In this document: piece by piece, positions 57,819 to 64,000 of the stretch | Layout of the letters: each line of letters starts with the position of its first letter | Position numbering within the stretch: position 1 is the first letter of the stretch | Source: Hydrolagus colliei | Taxonomy: Eukaryota | Direction of reading: 5' to 3' | DNA: 64,000 bases | NCBI GenBank assembly: GCA_035084275.1 | Contig: CM068752.1 | Coordinates: forward strand, 10,106,001-10,170,000 | Translations under genes and position numbers: made by a program | Notes under the pieces: generated by a model | What the model was told of the DNA's origin: nothing | Seen by the model: only the letters and a program-made list of their open reading frames with translations | The model's database searches: none

Positions 57819-59829
57819 AATATCATGGGCATCGCCACCCGCATAGCTCGCCGACTGTTTTGAAGATAAGAAAACTCTTCTGCTGCTTTGCCAAGGAATT
57901 TTCCGCTTGTCTGAAGTTCCCGTAAATCGAAGTTATGAACGGCTCACTTGCAAAGTGCCGCCCGCGTTATTGAGGCAGCGTTTGCACTCGAGAAAGAAAA
58001 CAGCACATTACATGTATGCAATGTGCAGTTGTCTGCAGGTTAAATGTCGGTCTGCAGGGTAAATTGATTATCCCGAATTTGTTTTGGCAGGCCACGAATC
58101 ACAAATTCACTCCAAACCGGAAAAGGGATTATTTTTAATAATTCCAGAAATTTAAGGCTTCCGAATCGAAAGATTTTTAAGGCCTTGGATTTGAGCCTTC
58201 GCTTTCTTAAAAAAAAAGTTACATAAATAATAAAATATTACTATTCTTCTCGCGTGTCACGTTTCACAAACAATTAAGTTCCAAAAGAATGCGTTACTTC
58301 GAAGTGCAGTGTTAGGTTGATGCAGCCCATACCATACTTGACACGAAAGGCGCTATAGAAATGTAATTTAGTTGCTGTTGTTCTTGTCGCTTATGAGTCA
58401 GGAGGTTGTTGATCCAAGTCCTACGTCAGTGGCTTTGGGTTCATTGTACCCTGTCACTCCAGTTCAGTGTTGGGGGAGGGCCGTTACTTTTGGAGATACT
58501 GTCTTTCAAGCAATACAATAAACTGAAATCGCATCTGTCTTGTTGAAAAGTCTGTTAAAGATCCCGCGACCCTATTCATAAACGGGATGGGCGGTTCTCC
58601 TGGGGTCTTGTCAAAAAGCGCTCCACAGAGGAAAGAAAAAAAATAAATTAATGGCTGTTCGTGGGTCATTGCAGTGTGCAAATCTTTCTGATGTGTTTGC
58701 CAGTCATAACAATTCACCGAAAATTTCTCCGACGCTTAATAAAGCGCTGTGTCAAATACTAAACACGCCACAATCTGCAGAGTGAAATATGACTCCCAAT
58801 TAATCTGTGGCTTTAGTTTTTTTGGCCAGGAGAGACCAGAGGCCATTAATTCCGCCAGTTTTTAGCCTGGCAGCCCACATTGCGAAAATCAGTGTTGGGA
58901 ATACACAGAATTGTGAACAAAATTCTTTGATTCTGTCGTAGGTTAGGAGCCCGGGTCCAAATTTCCCGGTTTCCTCGTTTAAAGCTGCAGAAAAAAAAAC
59001 GCAGCTTCCCGATCTATGATGTAAAGTCAAGAATGATTCCGCAGGTCTGTGCAATCTTAAACCTTCAGACAAGAGAATGCGACGGGCTAAGACTGGGTGA
59101 AAGTCGTGGACTCCCATACAATTCGCGCAATGATTCCTTGCCTAGAGAAACCTCTCTTATCTACTCATGTCAGGCGATAGTGATGCTGAAATGTAATAGA
59201 ATAGATTGGATGTGGAGAGAAACAAAATCTACACTTGACACTGTAACATGTACTGGAATGTCTTGTTAACCATTTGCAGACGACTTTTCCTGCAGCACGA
59301 GCCAATACCATTGCAACCGTCAATTCTCCCGGGTGCTCAACATTTATCACGTGTGGACAATCAAGGACTGGCGTGACAACTGTGTGCTGAGCAAAGGCGG
59401 TCGGATTCTGAACTGCTGTCGTACAAAAGGCAGAACCCAAAACCGTTCTAAAGTGTAATCAAATACTTTATATGAGGGGCTTAGGGAGTTGGGTGGGCAG
59501 AGGGGGGGAGGAGAAGGAGGGTTGAAAGCTTCAAGCGCAGATGCAGATAATTTAATGTTCTCTGTGGTTCCCAGTCGTGTGGGGAGCATGGGAAAGCCGG
59601 CTAAGGAATTGTTCGTTGGTGTAACTTACGCTGTGAGATCGGCACCCTGCAGTCTTTGCCTGTGAGAGTTTGGAAAAAACTGCCGAGTTTTGCCTTCTGA
59701 GGATTTTACCGATCTATGATATAAAGTCAAGGAATTTCTTTTTCGATTCTGCTCCCAGCAGATTAAATAAAGCAAAGCCTATGAACTGCGGTGAAGATTT
59801 TGCAGGTTGTGGCGAGCCTTCAGCCATTC

Positions 59830-60245
59830 TGCCTCCACCCTATGGAACTGGGTCCTGCCTCACTACCACCCTTTGCCTCCTTAACAGCCCACCTCCATGC
59901 CCTCCTCTTCAACTGCGCTCTCGATCATCCTTCTGTGACCTGCTAAAACCTTTACCAACATGCCCGCTCCCTCTGAGACTCAGTGGCCATCGGCAGTCAA
60001 GCCTTCAACCTTACTGAGCCCACTCTCTGGAACTCCATCCCAGAACCTCTCCACCTCACCTCCTCCCTTGCCTCTGTCAAGGCCCATCTCAAGAGCTTCC
60101 CCTTTCCCCTTTGGTCATCCTCCCACCCCCTAACCCTTTTGATCTCCAACCCTCTTGATTCCAACCTCCAGTAGGGGTGCAAACCCTTGACTGTCCAACG
60201 CCTTAGGACATCCTCCCCACATGAAAGGCACTAGCTATATGAATC
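59830..60245 (+). mobile_element. Degenerate L2 LINE 3' fragment
   Basis: CTCTGGAACTCCATCCCAGAACCTCTCCACCTC...CTCAAG...CGCCTTAGGACATCCTCCCCACATGAAAGGCACT, matching the L2 ORF2 end and tail seen elsewhere in the window. Confidence 0.6.
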
Positions 60246-60462
60246 CAAAATGTGAAAATGAATGGGATGTGGTACAGGCTGGTTGGTGCTTGCTGAGTGG
60301 AGGGATCGGGCAGGTTTTAGTAGGTCACAGAGGGTTGAGGCAAGACAAGGAAGGGCTTTAAAAGTGAGGACAAGGATCTTGGAACAAAAATCTTTTTTTT
60401 CTGCTCATATGTGTGGAACTATATATATTTATATATATATATTGTATATAAAGTATATATAT

Positions 60463-60781
60463 TTGGAGTCCTGTAGCTCGGTGATCAGAGCACTTGCCTT
60501 ACAAGCGTGAAACCTGTGTTTGAATCCAGGCAGATCAGGGCGAAACTTGGGCAAGTTTCCTTACTCCACACACCTAACAATAATCCCTCCCACCCAAAAA
60601 AAAATAAAATTGGTCATTTGAATACATGACTGTGTGTGGGGACGCTGCTGTGCGCAATTAGTTGCCGCGTTTTGCCCACAAGTATACAGTCAATTCACTT
60701 TCCAGTATATTATGTGAAGCGCTTTGAGACATTTAGAAAACATGAAAAGTGCTTTAACAAAATGCAAGGATTATTATTATT
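60463..60781 (+). mobile_element. tRNA-derived SINE, full length
   Basis: Same dominant family consensus, followed by (CA)n. Confidence 0.85.
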
Positions 60782-63700
60782 TTACACACACACACACACA
60801 CACACAGCGATCTTACGCAGGATAGCGTCTTGTGGCAGAGGTAAGTGAGATATATGAAATGCTCGGGGTGAGTTACTGCGATCTGTATATCTCTCTCTCT
60901 GTCTCTTTCATCTCTAACAGCGATGAGGGGATCTACCCAGTCCATCACATTGACACCATGAACTTGCCAATGTGGGCAATGGGTCCCACGTCATCGAAAG
61001 GCACGGCACCTTGTCAACACTGCCTCACCCCTGACTGACCTGCTTCAAAAGACAAGGGCTCCAGTTCCCGTGGGAGACTTTGATTATCCATTAACACTGG
61101 AAATCGGACTCCTGTCCCTGACCAGAGGTACCATCCTGAAAAATAATCAAATCCCCGCGCCGGGCACAGCAATAACAGCCAGGATTAGTAACGCTTCCAA
61201 CATCTGGATCAAAGGCCTTTTTTCCTAAGCGATGCTGTGGAATTTAATTTCGGATTCTTGTTATTATCCGTATCCAAGAGACCATTGTTTATTGTAATCG
61301 AATCCCCCCCACCCACTACCAAACCCATCCACCCACACTCTCCCCTACCCAGGCGAGCTCTAGCAACAAACCCTTTAAACCGCGCGAGGAATCCCTGAAT
61401 GTGTGTTTGCAGCAGTAAAGATAATTAATTTTGCTCTTCAGAATAGGGATTTGCAGGCAGAAACCTGAACCGGCTGTTTTTGTTACGGTTCAGAGCAACC
61501 GATGGGGCTAACAAAGGTCTAGATCTTTTTTTTTTGTGTATGTTTGTGTGTGTGTTTCTCCCTCCCTCTATCTCTCTCTCTCTCACAAGCGCTCTTTCCC
61601 ACAACTGTTTCTTGCTCTTCCCTACCTCTGCAACCTACTGAAGCATTATCAACCTGTCCGCTCCCTCCACTTGGCGGGCACTGGCCAGCTCCATGTCCCC
61701 TAGCCTGCTCGCTCCACCTTTGGCGGTGGTCAGTCCTTCAACCTCTCTGCCCCCAACCCTGTGGAACTGCATTTTTGAGTTCTTTCATTTAGTTCTTCGC
61801 TGAAGATGGACTGCCGGGACCGGAACCAACGAGGTTGCAAGACAGTAACTGACCCCACAGCTGTTTTGCACGCAAATCATTACTATCCATCTTACCAAAG
61901 AGACAAGGCTCTTTTAGTAACTCGTGGGACATGGCTGGTACTTACTATTTTGAGTGTCTAGACTAGGTTGGGCTCAGTCACGGTAAGATTTAAGCTTTTT
62001 GGTCTCAAAGGAGGTAACCAACAACAGGAGCTGAGGACTGGCAATCACATGTTCAATAAAATAAGGCATCTTTCAGCTCGAGGGACATTAAATCCTTGGG
62101 GGCAGAATGCCCATCAAACTTCTTGGATGAGGAGGCTGGGTGCAGCACACAGTGCACTGAAAGCAGTAAGATTTCCGCAATAATGGGAATGGGAAACACA
62201 GGAAACGTAAGACGTGATTATTCTTATGACATTCTTATAATCACAGACACTGGGTGTCACTTCAATGCTCCGCCAACAACAAAGCCAATGTATTTTTTGC
62301 GTTCCAATTCCTCATAAATAAATCCAACTAAAACACCAGCAGAATTCCCCCACTTCGGAGAAGGGTGTCAGATCAATCTGAGCAATTCTCTGCAGTGGTA
62401 TTCTTCGCTGTTCCAGTTATAGGAGGATATATCATTAGTCCTAAGTTTCGCTGGTATAAAGCTAGACATGAAAAGCGAAGGAATACACAGCAGAAGATGC
62501 TTCCAAAGATAATCTTGTATCAACTAAAAGTTACAAAGCCGTTTAGAACTGAAATCATTTTCAGATTTATTCGCGAGGAACTAGAGAAGAGAAGATTATA
62601 AGGGGGTGTGGTGCGGGGGAATTGAGAGCATCTTTAAACTGTAGAGGCACTGACAGAATGTGTGTGTAACTTGCAGAAACATAACCTTTATGGATTTTGC
62701 CGATGTGGGGGGATGGAGGGGGCCTGATGGAGGGAGCATGATGGAGGGAGCCTGATGTGGCCTGTGGGCTGCCAGTTGGACTAGGAAAAGTACACTTGTC
62801 AGTAACAAGTCTTTAGGGTAATGAGAGATTAAACAGAAAAGCTGTCTCCCTCTTTCCACAGGGTAGAATCGAAGAGTAGATATCCATTTAAAGTAGACAA
62901 GTCTGCGTGAATTAATAACTAAAATAATAAATCTAGATGAGCATCTGGTTAGGAGTGGGATTTAATAATATAAAGGGGGTGGGGGGTTGGTAGGGGGGCA
63001 CGGCATTGACAATGATTTACTGGGTTGCAAGATAACTATGCTATGCTACTGGCACCAAGAAAATGTCATGTGCGCCGAGCGAATAAAGAAGACAGGTTTT
63101 TGAATAATATACCAAGAGTGTTCATCCAAAAGGTGGCTTCAACTTGACCTTCTTTGGAAATTGAGTAGAAGTTACAGCAAAACGTTCACTCCACAGGTGA
63201 ATAAACAACTGCGAGAGACAACACTAAGAGCTTGTGATAGGAAGGAATGTCGATATACACGAAGCAGGACTAGATTGGCCAAGCGTTCTCTCTCTCTCTC
63301 TCTGTTTTGTTTTTAAGGATGTTCTGCACTTTCTTCCGATGTGATTTCAAAGCAATATTGACAAGAAACAGACCAGAGACGCTGGCTTGGATCGGAGAAC
63401 TGGTGGCTGTTTGCCATCGACAATCATATTTTGTTTCAGCTGTAATTATGATTAATCCGAGGCACAAACTGAGGGCCACCACGAAAGAGCAAACGCGACG
63501 TAGGTCAAAGAAATTTGCTTTTCCCTAGCCCAGAGGCAGGAATCAACATTAATCTATTAAAAAACAAACAAAGCGGTTTTCAACGACATTCAAAAGTATT
63601 TAGCGCAATGGATTTAAGCGGGGAGCTGAAAGAGCAATATAATGCAGTGCTGGGGGAGGTGCCGTCCTTTGGATGAGATATTAACTCAAGATCCTGAAAG

Positions 63701-64000
63701 TGCAGAACATCTGCAGGAGGCTTCAGGTTAAAGATCCCATGGCGCTATGTGTAAAGAGAAGAGAGTCTCTCACTCCCAGCGTCCTGGCCAACAATCCCCT
63801 ACCACCCACCCACCCCTCCAAAAATAATTGGTCACTTATTCCATGGTTGTTTGTAGGACGCTGCTGTGTACAAATCAGCTGCCAAAACCACCTACAAAAT
63901 ACACATAGAATACACTTTACGGTGTATCCAGTGAAGCGCTTTGAGACATCTCGACGGCATAAGGAGGCAATAATGTAAAATGTATAGAGCGGAACCAGAA

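Noticed and set aside
63270-63482. Minus-strand ORF with a hydrophobic start as candidate VEGF-C-like exon 1
   Set aside because: No ATG start, no suitable phase-0 donor and no promoter-like context. Exon 1 is probably outside the window.

Overview
Vertebrate genomic DNA, most likely from a cartilaginous fish (possibly a chimaera such as Callorhinchus). This is inferred from the divergence of the proteins and from the dense tRNA-headed/L2-tailed SINEs and CR1/L2 LINE fragments. Four spliced protein-coding genes could be assembled by hand with consistent exon phases. On the + strand: NUDCD2 (4 coding exons, 157 aa), SRA1 (5 exons, 213 aa) and HMGXB3 (19 coding exons, about 1313 aa, a known domesticated Zisupton/KDZ transposase with an HMG box). 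On the - strand, convergent with HMGXB3: a VEGF-C-like growth factor gene (exons 2-7 found, 367 aa; the signal-peptide exon 1 was not found and probably lies beyond 64 kb). The most interesting observation is that this complete-looking but divergent VEGF-C-like gene sits among genes that map to human 5q31-34, not in the VEGFC (4q34) or VEGFD (Xp22) neighbourhoods. It may be a third VEGF-C/D-family paralogue absent from mammals. The rest is intronic or intergenic repeat: more than 35 SINE copies or fragments, CR1 and L2 pieces, and a gap-ridden CA-rich minisatellite. There are also a few splice-site and hairpin oddities. No prokaryotic-type system, CRISPR array, rRNA or bona fide tRNA is present. 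Repeat coordinates are approximate.
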